A program made the position numbers and the translations under genes. From Spirochaetia bacterium (GTDB lineage Bacteria > Spirochaetota > Spirochaetia > CAKZLE01): DNA of 64,000 nucleotides. Of this stretch, positions 8,977 through 18,892 are shown in pieces. The notes under the pieces are model-generated. The model did not search any database, was not told where the DNA came from, and was given only the letters and a program-made list of their open reading frames with translations. How positions within the stretch are numbered: the first letter of the stretch is position 1; every line of letters starts with the position of its first letter. The stretch spans positions 2,816,001 to 2,880,000 of the forward strand of contig OY782041.1 in assembly GCA_963677595.1 (NCBI GenBank). Reading direction: 5' to 3'.

Positions 8977-9753
8977 ATGAGTCTGTTATATACCAAGCAG
9001 CTTACGAGGGCGTTCGGCGGGGTCATCGCCGTATCGGATGTCGACTTCGCCGTGGAGAAACACTCCATCAGCGGCCTGATCGGGCCGAACGGGGCAGGGA
9101 AGACGACCCTCTTCAACAACGTGACGGGCATGGACATCCCCACATCAGGGACAGTCTATTTCAATGATAAGGATATCACGGGGGTGCCGGCATTCAAGAT
9201 CAGCCGTCTCGGCATCGCGAGGACGTTCCAGAACATCAGGCTCTTCAAGGAGATGTCGGTACTGGAGAACGTCATGATCGGCCGGCACTTCAAGTCAGGC
9301 AAGTCCATGATACACGGCAGGACGATGAATGCCCTGACGAGCTACCTCAAGATGGGAGCCGAGGAGAAGGCGGTCTATGACAAGTCACGGGAGTGGCTCG
9401 AGTTCTTCGCGCTGGACAGGGTTCGGAACGAGTCAGCGAAGAACCTCCCCTACGGGAACCAGCGGGAGCTGGAGATCGCCCGGGCGATGGCGACAGAGCC
9501 GGAGCTCCTCTTCCTCGACGAGCCGGCTGCGGGGATGAACCCGCAGGAGACCGAACAGCTGATGAGGACCATCAGGAGGATCAGGGACCTCGGGGTCACC
9601 GTCCTCCTGATCGAGCATGACATGAAGCTGGTCATGAACATCTGTGAGCAGATCACGGTGCTGAACTACGGCAAGAAGATCGCAGAGGGTACGGCTGCTG
9701 AGATCCAGCAGAACCCGCTGGTCATCGAAGCCTACCTGGGGAAGGAAGACTGA
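8977..9753 (+). CDS. livG: BCAA ABC ATPase
   Basis: GPNGAGKT, ARTFQNIRLF, LPYG and DEPAAG. Confidence 0.93.
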   Translation: MSLLYTKQLTRAFGGVIAVSDVDFAVEKHSISGLIGPNGAGKTTLFNNVTGMDIPTSGTVYFNDKDITGVPAFKISRLGIARTFQNIRLFKEMSVLENVMIGRHFKSGKSMIHGRTMNALTSYLKMGAEEKAVYDKSREWLEFFALDRVRNESAKNLPYGNQRELEIARAMATEPELLFLDEPAAGMNPQETEQLMRTIRRIRDLGVTVLLIEHDMKLVMNICEQITVLNYGKKIAEGTAAEIQQNPLVIEAYLGKED

Positions 9754-10520
9754 TGAGCGAACTATTGACAATCGATTCCATAGCCGTGAAATACGGCAAC
9801 ATACAGGCCCTCCACGACGTCTCCATGAAGGTCGACGAGGGGGACATCGTATGCCTGATCGGGGCGAACGGGGCAGGGAAGTCCACCCTGCTGAAGGCCA
9901 TCGTCGGGCTGGAGCCGCTGGTGAACGGTTCGATCACCTTCGAGGACACCGTGATCGCCAAGAAACGTGCCGAGGCGAAGAAACGTTTCGGCTTCACCCG
10001 CTCGCATGATATACTGACTACTGACAGGATCGCCGAGATGGGCATAGCGCTCGTCCCGGAAGGACGCCGGGTCTTCACCGACATGACCGTAGAGGAGAAC
10101 CTTGACATGGGTGCCTTCATGATACGTGACGAGAAGGTCGTCGCGAGGAAGAAGGAGGAGATGTTCGAGTTCTTCCCCATCCTGAAGAGCAGGCGGAAGC
10201 AGAAGACCCGTTCGCTCTCAGGGGGCGAGCAGCAGATGATGGCTATCGCCAGGGCGCTCATGAGCTCCCCGAGGCTGCTGCTCCTTGATGAACCGGGGCT
10301 CGGGCTCGCCCCGCTGATCATCCAGGATATCTTCCAGAAGATCGACCTGATCAACCGGGAAGATAAGGTGACGGTCTTCCTCGTGGAGCAGAATGCGAAG
10401 ATCGCATTGAAGGCCTCCACCCAGGGGTATGTCATGGAGAACGGCAGGATCGTCCTCTCCGGGAAGAGTGATGACCTGCTGGAGAACAGCAAGGTCCGCG
10501 CCGCGTACCTTGGGGAATAG
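9753..10520 (+). CDS. livF: BCAA ABC ATPase
   Basis: GANGAGKS, VPEGRRVF, LSGGEQQM and VEQNA. Confidence 0.93.
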   Translation: MSELLTIDSIAVKYGNIQALHDVSMKVDEGDIVCLIGANGAGKSTLLKAIVGLEPLVNGSITFEDTVIAKKRAEAKKRFGFTRSHDILTTDRIAEMGIALVPEGRRVFTDMTVEENLDMGAFMIRDEKVVARKKEEMFEFFPILKSRRKQKTRSLSGGEQQMMAIARALMSSPRLLLLDEPGLGLAPLIIQDIFQKIDLINREDKVTVFLVEQNAKIALKASTQGYVMENGRIVLSGKSDDLLENSKVRAAYLGE

Positions 10521-10555
10521 CTGTCGTATTCAACTTGTGTTAGACGGAGGTTACC

Positions 10556-11200
10556 ATGATCGTTGAACGTAGGATGACGAAGAATCCTGTCACCATCAGA
10601 CAGGATCTCCCGATCACAGAAGCACAGAGGCTCATGAGGCAGGAGAAGATCCACCGCCTCCCGGTCCTCGATAAGCATAACCGCCTTGTCGGTATCGTCA
10701 CCGAGAAGGATCTCCTCTATGCATCACCCTCACCGGCGAGCACGCTTGATGTCTATGAGCTGAACTACCTGCTGTCTAAGCTGACGGTGGGGAAGGTGAT
10801 GTCCTCCCCGGTGATCACTGTGTCGCCCGACACCGTGATCGAGGAGGCAGCACGGGTCATGGCCGACAATGACATCGGCGGGCTCACGGTCGTCTCAGAT
10901 GAGAAGGTGGTGGGAATCATCACCGAGTCTGACATCTTCAAGGTCTTCATCGAGCTCTTCGGCGCACGGGAGACGGGACTGCGCATCAGCATGCTCGTGC
11001 CCTCCGACCCGGGAGAGCTCTCGAAGCTGGCGACAGCCGTCTACGGGGCCGGCGGCAACATCATCTCCTTCGGCTCCTTCCTCGGCACAGACTCGACGAA
11101 CCAGCTGTGTGCCATGAAGGTCTCCGGGCTGGAGAAGGACGAGCTGCTGAAGATCCTCAGGCCTGTCACGATAGAGATCGAGGATATCAGGGAAGTCTAG
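10556..11200 (+). CDS. CBS-pair plus ACT domain protein (AcuB-like)
   Basis: Two CBS domains (LVGIVTEKDL, VVGIITESDI) followed by an ACT-like tail. Confidence 0.85.
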   Translation: MIVERRMTKNPVTIRQDLPITEAQRLMRQEKIHRLPVLDKHNRLVGIVTEKDLLYASPSPASTLDVYELNYLLSKLTVGKVMSSPVITVSPDTVIEEAARVMADNDIGGLTVVSDEKVVGIITESDIFKVFIELFGARETGLRISMLVPSDPGELSKLATAVYGAGGNIISFGSFLGTDSTNQLCAMKVSGLEKDELLKILRPVTIEIEDIREV

Positions 11201-11605
11201 GTGGATTTCGGCAAGATCCTCGAGGAGTGGGAATCCGAGCATGCCGGGGCGGCGGTCGATGACGGCCGTTCCCATAAGAGTGAACACTCTTTCTCAGGTC
11301 CCACGGTCTCCGAACTGAAGAGGATGGCACCCCAGCGCACGCTCGACCTCCACGGGTATACAGCCGAGGAGGCGCGTACTGCGGTGATGGCCTTCCTCTC
11401 CTCAGCGGGGAAGGGCGGGCTCCACAAGGTGATGATCGTCCATGGGAAGGGGTACCATTCGAAGGGCGGCAGGCCGGTGCTCCAGCAGGTGGTCTATGAG
11501 TGCCTCGATGCCTCACCCTATGCGGGAAAGCGCGGGGTCCCCTCGCGGGAACTCGGGGGAAGCGGGGCTGTCTGGGTGGCCATCAAAAAACCCGCTGTCT
11601 CGTGA
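11201..11605 (+). CDS. Smr/MutS2 domain protein
   Basis: LDLHG, IVHGKGYHS and GGSGAVWV. Confidence 0.9.
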   Translation: MDFGKILEEWESEHAGAAVDDGRSHKSEHSFSGPTVSELKRMAPQRTLDLHGYTAEEARTAVMAFLSSAGKGGLHKVMIVHGKGYHSKGGRPVLQQVVYECLDASPYAGKRGVPSRELGGSGAVWVAIKKPAVS

Positions 11606-11642
11606 ACAGCGGGATCGTGTTTCAGCATGAACTGATCAAAGG

Positions 11643-11861
11643 CTATCGTTCCCGATAGATGATCCTTCCTCGAGTAAGATCGTAAGGAGAGAGGGCGACC
11701 CTGACTTTATCACCGGGCACGATCCTGATGTAGTGTTTTCTCATCTTGCCTGAAAGGTGAGCCAGAATGAGATGCCCATTCTGGAGCTCGACACGGAACA
11801 TCGTGTTTGGCAAGGACTCCTTGACGATACCTTCTACTTCAATAGCTTCTTCTTTAGCCAC
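11643..11861 (-). CDS. infA: Translation initiation factor IF-1
   Basis: [10 protein letters not shown]...[11 protein letters not shown]...[10 protein letters not shown]; GTG start with GGAGG. Confidence 0.98.
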   Translation of the reverse strand: MAKEEAIEVEGIVKESLPNTMFRVELQNGHLILAHLSGKMRKHYIRIVPGDKVRVALSPYDLTRGRIIYRER

Positions 11862-11913
11862 AATTCCTCCTGTGTGTCATGAGAGCGATACGCTCTTTTT
11901 CACAACACTGCAA

Positions 11914-11942
11914 ATTTTATTGCCATCTCACTGTTTTGTCAA
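11914..11942 (-). promoter_or_regulatory. infA promoter
   Basis: TTGACA-17-TAAAAT on the minus strand. Confidence 0.7.
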
Positions 11943-12075
11943 CCGCAGGGAACCAATCGCGGCTATTGAGTAAAAAATCATTAATTATGGGCAAAACGAA
12001 CCTCCAATACTTGACAAGTATTAAGCAAAAGATATTAATAGGTCATAAAATATTTGTCTTAGCAGGAGGCTCTCC

Positions 12076-12444
12076 GTGGATAGTGCATTTGTAAAAGAGA
12101 TGGAAGCTAAGCTTATCGGTGCCCGTGAGGAGATACTGAAGAAGTTCATCTCTGAGAGTGAAGATTTCAAACGGATCGTCAATGGGTTGGAGTCCAAGGA
12201 TTTCGGGGACATCGCGGCTGATGATGTAGCGACCAAGAAACTGGAAGCGATCAACCGCCATGAGTCGATACGGCTGAAGCAGGTTGAAGCTGCTCTCGCC
12301 CGAATCAGGAACCACCGCTACGGCATATGTTTGCAGTGTGGCAAGAAGATACCGGAGGACAGGCTCAAGGCCATACCCTACGCGGTCCAGTGTATCGAAT
12401 GCCGGAATGAGCAGGAACGGGCGAACCGGAAAGTCCGGGCGTAG
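12076..12444 (+). CDS. dksA: DksA/TraR C4 zinc-finger protein
   Basis: DxxDxA tip (DFGDIA); CLQC...CIEC. Confidence 0.85.
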   Translation: MDSAFVKEMEAKLIGAREEILKKFISESEDFKRIVNGLESKDFGDIAADDVATKKLEAINRHESIRLKQVEAALARIRNHRYGICLQCGKKIPEDRLKAIPYAVQCIECRNEQERANRKVRA

Positions 12445-12494
12445 CCTGTGAGAGCTTGTTGGATCGGGGGTGCTGAGTCTTCAGGCCCCGCGAT

Positions 12495-13151
12495 TCAGCG
12501 AATGAACGGGTTATGTGCCTTCTCGTACCCGATCGTCGTGGAGTCCCCGTGCCCGGGGTAGACGACCGTCCCCGCCGGAAGCGGCAGGAGCCGTTCCCTG
12601 ATGCTCCTGACCAGGGTCTCATGCGACCCGCCTGCGAAATCTGAACGTCCCACAGAATCCCTGAAGAGTGTATCCCCAGAGAAGAGGATCCCGGCAGACT
12701 CATCATAGAGACAGACCGAACCCGGCGTGTGCCCGGGGGTATGGATCACCTGCAGCGATGATCCGGAGACCGTATCCCCGTGTATGAAGGGGGAGGTCAC
12801 CTCAGGCAGCGACTCGAGACTCTCCCGCGCGTAGGAGAGCAGCTGCGGGATGAGGCTCCGCAGGTGTTCCTGCTGGTAGCGCTTCCCGCGCTCCCCCATG
12901 TACTCCCGCTCGGCTTCATGGGCATAGACCGGCAGGTCGCCGAAACGCCTGATGAGCTCGCCGCATGCGAGGATATGGTCAAAATGGGTATGGGTGAGGA
13001 TGATCGCGGCAGGCTGCAGCCCGCAGGCAAGGATCTCCCCCTCGATCGCAGCGGCCTCATCGGCCGGGTCTATGATGAAGAGGGATTCTCCGTCACTGCT
13101 GTAGAGGTAGCAGTTCGTCTGGAGCGGGCCCGATGGTATGGTCTTGACCAT
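12495..13151 (-). CDS. MBL-fold hydrolase (glyoxalase II-like)
   Basis: THTHFDH, HTPGHTPG, FSGDTLF and PGHG. Confidence 0.9.
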   Translation of the reverse strand: MVKTIPSGPLQTNCYLYSSDGESLFIIDPADEAAAIEGEILACGLQPAAIILTHTHFDHILACGELIRRFGDLPVYAHEAEREYMGERGKRYQQEHLRSLIPQLLSYARESLESLPEVTSPFIHGDTVSGSSLQVIHTPGHTPGSVCLYDESAGILFSGDTLFRDSVGRSDFAGGSHETLVRSIRERLLPLPAGTVVYPGHGDSTTIGYEKAHNPFIR

Positions 13152-13154
13152 TGC

Positions 13155-14708
13155 CTATTTCTTCGATCTCGCCGGGTTGACGACGAGTTCCTTCCCCTTG
13201 AACTGCTGGCCGTTGAGCTTCTCGATGATGAGTTCGGCAGATTCCTTCTTCACGGTGACGAAGGAGTAGTTGTCAAGTGCCTTGATCGCAAGGACCACAT
13301 CAGCCTCGAGACCGGTCTCGGTGGTGATAAGTTTCGTGAGGTCCTTCGGGTAGGCTCTTCGTGACCTGCCGATCCCGAAGAAGAGGGTAGCGCTCTCCTC
13401 CTCGGAGAAGTTCTGTGCCGGGGCCTCGGTTTTCCTTGCCCTACTCTTCGTCCTCGCGGGTTTGCCTGCCCCGGCAAGGTACTCCCTCAGGAGGTAGGCG
13501 GTGAGGTACCCTCTCCGGTAGAACGGTACTGATTTCTTGATCAGCCGTTTCAGGCTGTTGAGTTCTTCCGGGTTGGAGTCTTTCTCGATGGTCTCTATGA
13601 GCAGCTTGATCTTGCCTGCCATAACTTCTGCTGTTTCCGGTGTTTCGAAACGTGTACTCATGCTGTAATTCTCCTGAATTGGTATTACCGATGCGGCATC
13701 CTGAGCAGTATAGATGATATGGTGTGTTCCCGCAATAACGGGATTGATACTGCTCATCTGATTGATCCTTCTCTCCTCCATCGGCAGCCCTGCATACAGG
13801 ATATGGCCTGCTGCAGACGGTATCGTCGCTGATTCGGAGAGATGCTTGAGCGTGACTGAATAGAGTGTCTGGTTCTGTGCGAAGTAGGACTCGAGTTCTC
13901 GGTGGACCTTCGGATACGAGGTGATGACCTGCACCTCACTGATCCCCTGGGCATAGATGTAGTCTGATATGGCCTGAGGAGAGAGGCTCCCTGCCCGGTA
14001 GAGGACCACCAGACTGTCTGCCCTGAGTTGAGCGGAGGTGAGTACCGAGGCGCGTGGCATGGTCCCGCGGAACTCAGCGAGCCTTGCGGACCTGCCGGCG
14101 AACAGGAGCTTTCCCGCCTTGTTCGGGACCTTCTCGTTGATGTAGAGGAGGTCCTGGTCGAAGCTCTCGATATACCCGGAGTCATGGACCTGTGTCGGTT
14201 CCACGACACCGAACTGCCGGACTTTCGCCAGGGTCAGGTTCGCCCTCCGCACATGGTCGATGATCCTGCTCGGCGTACCGATGATGACTGGTGTCCTGCC
14301 CCTGAGGAGCTTGAGGTCAGCCCTGACATCCCCGGCTGAACCGAGGAGGACGGGGAGGTGCACACCTTCCCTGACCGGGTTGAGCCCGCTGATGAATGCC
14401 TGTGCGAGTGGGAGGTGCTCATCGGCGATGACCAGCACTCGGAGGGGTGCTTCCACGGGAGCGGAGGCGTTCGCCTTGCGGGCATGGGAGAGCAGGTACA
14501 TGAGTGCTGCGGTCACCTCATCCCCGGCGAAGTCGATCTCAATGATGGTGCTGCGCCGGCGGCTGCGGAGCGTATGCTCGGCAAAACTCTGTATGAGGCT
14601 GATGTTTGACTTGTATTGGATCTCATCGCACAGATTGAGAATCTGTCTTGTGATACCAGCTGATTGTTTTGACACTCTAATAACAGTTTCCGTATAGTCG
14701 TTTTTCAT
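13155..14708 (-). CDS. Degenerate DEAD-box-like domain fused to a DbpA-type RNA-binding domain
   Basis: Motif Ib GTPSRIIDH retained, no Walker A or DEAD; C-terminal LFFGIGRSRRAYPKDL...LDNYSFVTV. Confidence 0.7.
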   Translation of the reverse strand: MKNDYTETVIRVSKQSAGITRQILNLCDEIQYKSNISLIQSFAEHTLRSRRRSTIIEIDFAGDEVTAALMYLLSHARKANASAPVEAPLRVLVIADEHLPLAQAFISGLNPVREGVHLPVLLGSAGDVRADLKLLRGRTPVIIGTPSRIIDHVRRANLTLAKVRQFGVVEPTQVHDSGYIESFDQDLLYINEKVPNKAGKLLFAGRSARLAEFRGTMPRASVLTSAQLRADSLVVLYRAGSLSPQAISDYIYAQGISEVQVITSYPKVHRELESYFAQNQTLYSVTLKHLSESATIPSAAGHILYAGLPMEERRINQMSSINPVIAGTHHIIYTAQDAASVIPIQENYSMSTRFETPETAEVMAGKIKLLIETIEKDSNPEELNSLKRLIKKSVPFYRRGYLTAYLLREYLAGAGKPARTKSRARKTEAPAQNFSEEESATLFFGIGRSRRAYPKDLTKLITTETGLEADVVLAIKALDNYSFVTVKKESAELIIEKLNGQQFKGKELVVNPARSKK

Positions 14709-14759
14709 AGGATATAAAGAGTAATCGGCTTTGTCAAGAAACCAGTTCTATGCTACTAT
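14709..14759. promoter_or_regulatory. Back-to-back promoters sharing one -35 heptamer (ttgtcaa, 14731-14737)
   Basis: Plus strand TTGTCA-17-TACTAT with TG; minus strand TTGACA-17-TATCCT. Confidence 0.55.
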
Positions 14760-14797
14760 GCATAATAGGTGTCACAGATGCTCTAACGGGAGATTCA

Positions 14798-15952
14798 ATG
14801 GAAGAGATTCGTACGAAGATTGCTGAACTGAAACATACTGGTGCAACCCTGGATGCCCAGCTGAAGACCAGGTACCAGACCTTCGGGGAGCAGATCTATC
14901 CATTTGAGAAGCTCTCGGACGACCCGCTGCTCGAGGAGACCAGGGATCTCGTCGAGCAGAAGAGGGCAGCTGCCGCATCGTTAGAGGATGAGATCTCAAG
15001 GATTCGCCAGGCGACCTCCGCTTCGGAGATCGCGAAGGAGGAGATCGCGAAGATCGAGCAGCGGCTTGCCTCCATCGAGTTCGAGAAGAACTCCCTCTAC
15101 AGCAGGATCGGCGTCATCTCCTATGAGGAGTATGCCGCCGGCGAGATCGGGGAGGAGTTCTCCCTCCTGTTCACCTCCATCACCCACCAGAACGCGGAAC
15201 TCTCCCGGGTACAGAAGGACCTCAAGGAGAATGAGCTCAGGTATGTCGCCGCCTCCTTCTTCGAGAAGATGTCCCTGCGGATGAAGCGGAACAAGCTCAA
15301 GGCCGAGCTCGAGAAGATGGACGGGGCGAGGGAGGACCTCTTCAAGAACTCCGGGAAGCAGATCTGCAACTCAGAGTTGATCAGCCGCGTGAAGAGCAAG
15401 AATGCCGTGTCGATCTCACGGGACTTCAGCCGCCTCGACCAGGAGCGGGACCGTATGTATGCCCTCCTCGAGTCACGTAAGTTCGAGTACAACCAGAACC
15501 GCGACCTGCTCAGTCATGCAGGGGTCGAGGGGGACGTGAACAAACGGGTGAAGGAGCTGGAGAAGCAGGCTGACAGGGCCAGGAGGGAACTTGGTGATGC
15601 GTACAGCGAACTCGGTACCCGGGCTTCCGTTGATGAGGCCTGCCAGGGGAAAGCTGACGTCGAGGATGGGCTCAAGCCCGTCATCAGCGAGATCGCACAG
15701 CTTACCGAGGAGCGCCGCTTGGTCCAGCAGCAGCTTGACATCTTCGACTCCCGGCTCAAGATCAAGGAACTCGAGTCGACCATCGATGTCGACCACCAGA
15801 AGGAGCTGCGCCTGAAGAGCCAGGTGAAGGCCCTCAACGAGCAGCTCGATGACCTGAAGCTCCGCATCTCAGGCAACAGGAAGCAGATCGCCGCCCTGAA
15901 GAAGCTGATACAGGATGCCGAACCCCGGGATGACGAGCCGGACGGTGAGTAG
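14798..15952 (+). CDS. Coiled-coil protein of unknown function
   Basis: Heptad-rich E/K/L sequence, host codon bias, GGAG before ATG 14798, overlaps the mltG start. Confidence 0.75.
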   Translation: MEEIRTKIAELKHTGATLDAQLKTRYQTFGEQIYPFEKLSDDPLLEETRDLVEQKRAAAASLEDEISRIRQATSASEIAKEEIAKIEQRLASIEFEKNSLYSRIGVISYEEYAAGEIGEEFSLLFTSITHQNAELSRVQKDLKENELRYVAASFFEKMSLRMKRNKLKAELEKMDGAREDLFKNSGKQICNSELISRVKSKNAVSISRDFSRLDQERDRMYALLESRKFEYNQNRDLLSHAGVEGDVNKRVKELEKQADRARRELGDAYSELGTRASVDEACQGKADVEDGLKPVISEIAQLTEERRLVQQQLDIFDSRLKIKELESTIDVDHQKELRLKSQVKALNEQLDDLKLRISGNRKQIAALKKLIQDAEPRDDEPDGE

Positions 15953-17213
15953 GAACGATCAGGAAGGCCTCTTCTCCGAAGAGGACCTGCACTCCACGGG
16001 TGAACAGGGCAAACCACTGGCCCTTCGTAAGAACGCATCAGCCCCGCAGCAGAAGAAGCCGGAACCACGTGTTACCGCACCGAAGAAGAAGCCGAAGAAG
16101 AGGAAGCGGTTCACGCCCAAGGAGCGCCAGGCACTCGTACGGTTCTCGATCGCCTTCTCAGCCGTCCTGGTCGTGAGCCTCGCCGTCGCCCTGGTCCTCC
16201 GCTTCGCGGGCCCCTCCTATGAGCAGTATATCTCCTCCGATACGGTGACGAACCAGGAGTTCGTCAGGAGCTTCTCATCAGAGCTCCATCAGCCGGCGAT
16301 GCCCTATGAGGTCTATACGGAGATCGGGGATGCCGAACACATCATCTACACGATACCCTACGGGACGTCTGTCCCCGCGATCTGCCGGGAGCTCTCGGAA
16401 CTCGGGGTGCTCGGTGCCCGCAGCGCCCAGGAGCTGCTCGACCTGCTGACTGCCAACGGGTTCGACACCTCCATCCGGTCCGGGACCTACCTGATCCCGA
16501 AGGGCCTCGACCTCCAGACGATCGGGCTCATCCTCTACAAAGGCTTCTCAGACCTTGCTGTGGTCTCCCTCTATGACGGGATGACCCTCGCGGGGATCGA
16601 CTCCTACCTCTCCGGCAGGGGGCTCATTGGGGAGGGGTCATTCCTCGAAGCGGCAGAGCAGGCAGCGGTTCAGTTCGACCTGCCTTTCGCCGAGGGGTTC
16701 TGCCTTCCCGGGGCCTATGTGCTGCCCGTGAGTGGTGATGCACCGGAGGAGCTGGCCGAGGTGATGGTCCGTTCCGTGCTCGACCTGCTCAATGCACATG
16801 CCGACCGGCTGGGCTTCCTCGGCCGGACGAAGGAGGAGATCCTCATCATCGCGTCGATGATCCAGCGCGAGACAGCGAGCATCGGGCAGATGCCCCTGAT
16901 CTCAGGGATCATCTACAACCGGTTGGACTGCGGCATGCCGCTCGGCATCGATGCCACCACCCGGTATGAGACAGACAACTGGACCCGCCCGATCACGGCA
17001 GCCGAGCTTGCCGCGGACACCCCCTACAACACGAGGACCAAGAGCGGACTGCCGCCAACGGGGATCGCGAATGCCGGGATCGAGGCGATCGAAGCCGCCC
17101 TCTTTCCCGATGACACTCCCTATTTCTACTATCTCCATGATGCGGAGGGAAGGATCCACCCTGCCGTCACCTACGGTGAGCACCTCGAGAACGTGGAGAA
17201 GTACCTCCGCTGA
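15945..17213 (+). CDS. mltG: Endolytic transglycosylase MltG (YceG)
   Basis: N-terminal TM; IIASMIQRE, YNRL, LGIDAT, TPYNT and GLPPT. Confidence 0.88.
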   Translation: MSRNDQEGLFSEEDLHSTGEQGKPLALRKNASAPQQKKPEPRVTAPKKKPKKRKRFTPKERQALVRFSIAFSAVLVVSLAVALVLRFAGPSYEQYISSDTVTNQEFVRSFSSELHQPAMPYEVYTEIGDAEHIIYTIPYGTSVPAICRELSELGVLGARSAQELLDLLTANGFDTSIRSGTYLIPKGLDLQTIGLILYKGFSDLAVVSLYDGMTLAGIDSYLSGRGLIGEGSFLEAAEQAAVQFDLPFAEGFCLPGAYVLPVSGDAPEELAEVMVRSVLDLLNAHADRLGFLGRTKEEILIIASMIQRETASIGQMPLISGIIYNRLDCGMPLGIDATTRYETDNWTRPITAAELAADTPYNTRTKSGLPPTGIANAGIEAIEAALFPDDTPYFYYLHDAEGRIHPAVTYGEHLENVEKYLR

Positions 17214-17315
17214 TTTAACGGTAATCTTACCTGTATTTCAGAGTCCGCTCATGAACCTCTAACACAACAGCTTTACCATGCTCCTAGTTCTTATAGACAA
17301 ATAGGAGATTAAGAC

Positions 17316-18797
17316 ATGAAGAAAATGGTACAAGGTTTACTGATCTCGGCTCTTGTCCTCTCAGCAGCATGCGTAAGCGCTGAGGGTGTCCAGGAGCAGG
17401 CGATGGCAAGTTCTACCGGCTCATACGGGACCGCCAAGAACGTGATCCTCCTCATCGGGGACGGTATGGCGATGCCGCAGATCTCTGCTACCGAGGCGTT
17501 TCTCGGGACGAAGAAGGGTGTCATCGTGGACCCGCTCTCATTCGAGGCATTCCCTGCACAGGGTATGATCACCACCTATGCATCTGACCGGTTCATCACA
17601 GACTCAGCAGCTGCCGGTACCGCCCTGGCTACCGGGAGCAAGACCTACTGCGGGGCGATCTCGGTAGATGAGAGCGGCGCTGTCCTGAAGAATCTCGTCG
17701 AGTATGCACAGGATCAGGACAAGTCTACCGGTATCGTCACCTCGACCCGAGTGACCCATGCTACCCCGGCTGTGTTCATCTCACATAACGCGGACAGGGA
17801 TGCAGAGAACGAGATCGCCGAGGATGAGGCTTCCAGCGGCGTGGATTTCCTCGCAGGCGGCGGGTACCGGAATTTCGTTGCTCCCGCAAGCGGTCTGAGC
17901 AGCAAGAGGACCGACGGTGTCGACCTGATCGACCAGATGGAAGCTGAAGGCTACATCTCCTTCATCTCTGAGGATGAGACGGATGACTTCCTGGCGTGGA
18001 CCCCGAGAGCGGGCCAGAAGGTAGTCGGCCTCTTCGGTTCTTCACACCTCGATTATGACATCGACGATACCGATCAACCAAGCCTCGCCGAGATGACCGA
18101 GAAGGGGATCGAGCTCCTCTCACAGGACGATGACGGGTTCTTCATGATGATCGAGGGCGGACGGATCGACCATGCCTGCCACGCGAATGACGGTATGACC
18201 GCCATCCAGGATACCATCGCATTTGATGATGCAGTGAAGGTCGCGATCGACTTCTACAACAAGAACCCGAAAGACACCCTGATCGTGGTTACCGGTGATC
18301 ACGAGACCGGTGGTCTTACCCTCGGGTTCGCCGGTACGGCGTATGAGTCAGCCTACACCCTGCTTGCAGGACAGGATACTTCGTATGAGTTCTACCAGTA
18401 CGGAGACTTCGCTGCCTACAAGGCTTCACACACGAAAGCCAACGCGAAGGTCGCTGACCTTGCCGGCGACCTCGCAGACCAGTTCGGCCTGACCGACCTC
18501 AACGCAGCTGAGACCGAGATGCTCCAGGCAGCACTCGTGAGGAGCATCAGCGGTGAGGAAGTCAAGTCTACCTACACCGATGACTACCTCCTCTACGGCG
18601 GGTATGAGCCGTTCATCATGACGGTGACCCACATCCTCAACAACCGTGCAGGTCTCGGGTGGACCTCCTACTCACACACAGCCGTTCCCCTGGGTGCGTA
18701 TGCCCTCGGACAGGGTTCATCATCATTCCTCGGGTACTATGACAACACCAACGTGTTCGACAAGATCGCCGATGCGATGGGACTCCAGGTACAGTAA
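17316..18797 (+). CDS. phoA: Alkaline phosphatase
   Basis: Signal peptide; IGDGM, TDSAAAGT, THATPA, EGGRIDHACH and GDHETGG. Confidence 0.93.
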   Translation: MKKMVQGLLISALVLSAACVSAEGVQEQAMASSTGSYGTAKNVILLIGDGMAMPQISATEAFLGTKKGVIVDPLSFEAFPAQGMITTYASDRFITDSAAAGTALATGSKTYCGAISVDESGAVLKNLVEYAQDQDKSTGIVTSTRVTHATPAVFISHNADRDAENEIAEDEASSGVDFLAGGGYRNFVAPASGLSSKRTDGVDLIDQMEAEGYISFISEDETDDFLAWTPRAGQKVVGLFGSSHLDYDIDDTDQPSLAEMTEKGIELLSQDDDGFFMMIEGGRIDHACHANDGMTAIQDTIAFDDAVKVAIDFYNKNPKDTLIVVTGDHETGGLTLGFAGTAYESAYTLLAGQDTSYEFYQYGDFAAYKASHTKANAKVADLAGDLADQFGLTDLNAAETEMLQAALVRSISGEEVKSTYTDDYLLYGGYEPFIMTVTHILNNRAGLGWTSYSHTAVPLGAYALGQGSSSFLGYYDNTNVFDKIADAMGLQVQ

Positions 18798-18819
18798 CAA
18801 GACTCTCGAAGATATCTGA

Positions 18820-18853
18820 TGAGGACAGGCCGGGGTGACCCGGTCTGTCCTCA
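18820..18853 (+). terminator. Hairpin after phoA
   Basis: tgaggacaggccggg-gtga-cccggtctgtcctca; no U tract. Confidence 0.55.
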
Positions 18854-18892
18854 CTACCGTAAACAAGGACGATGCAGGGAGGACTTTTACCT

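Noticed and set aside
17215-17277. Possible Pho boxes upstream of phoA (TTAACG/CTTACC 11 bp apart, CTAACA, TTTACC)
   Set aside because: Too degenerate and the spacing is inconsistent; plausible but unsupported.
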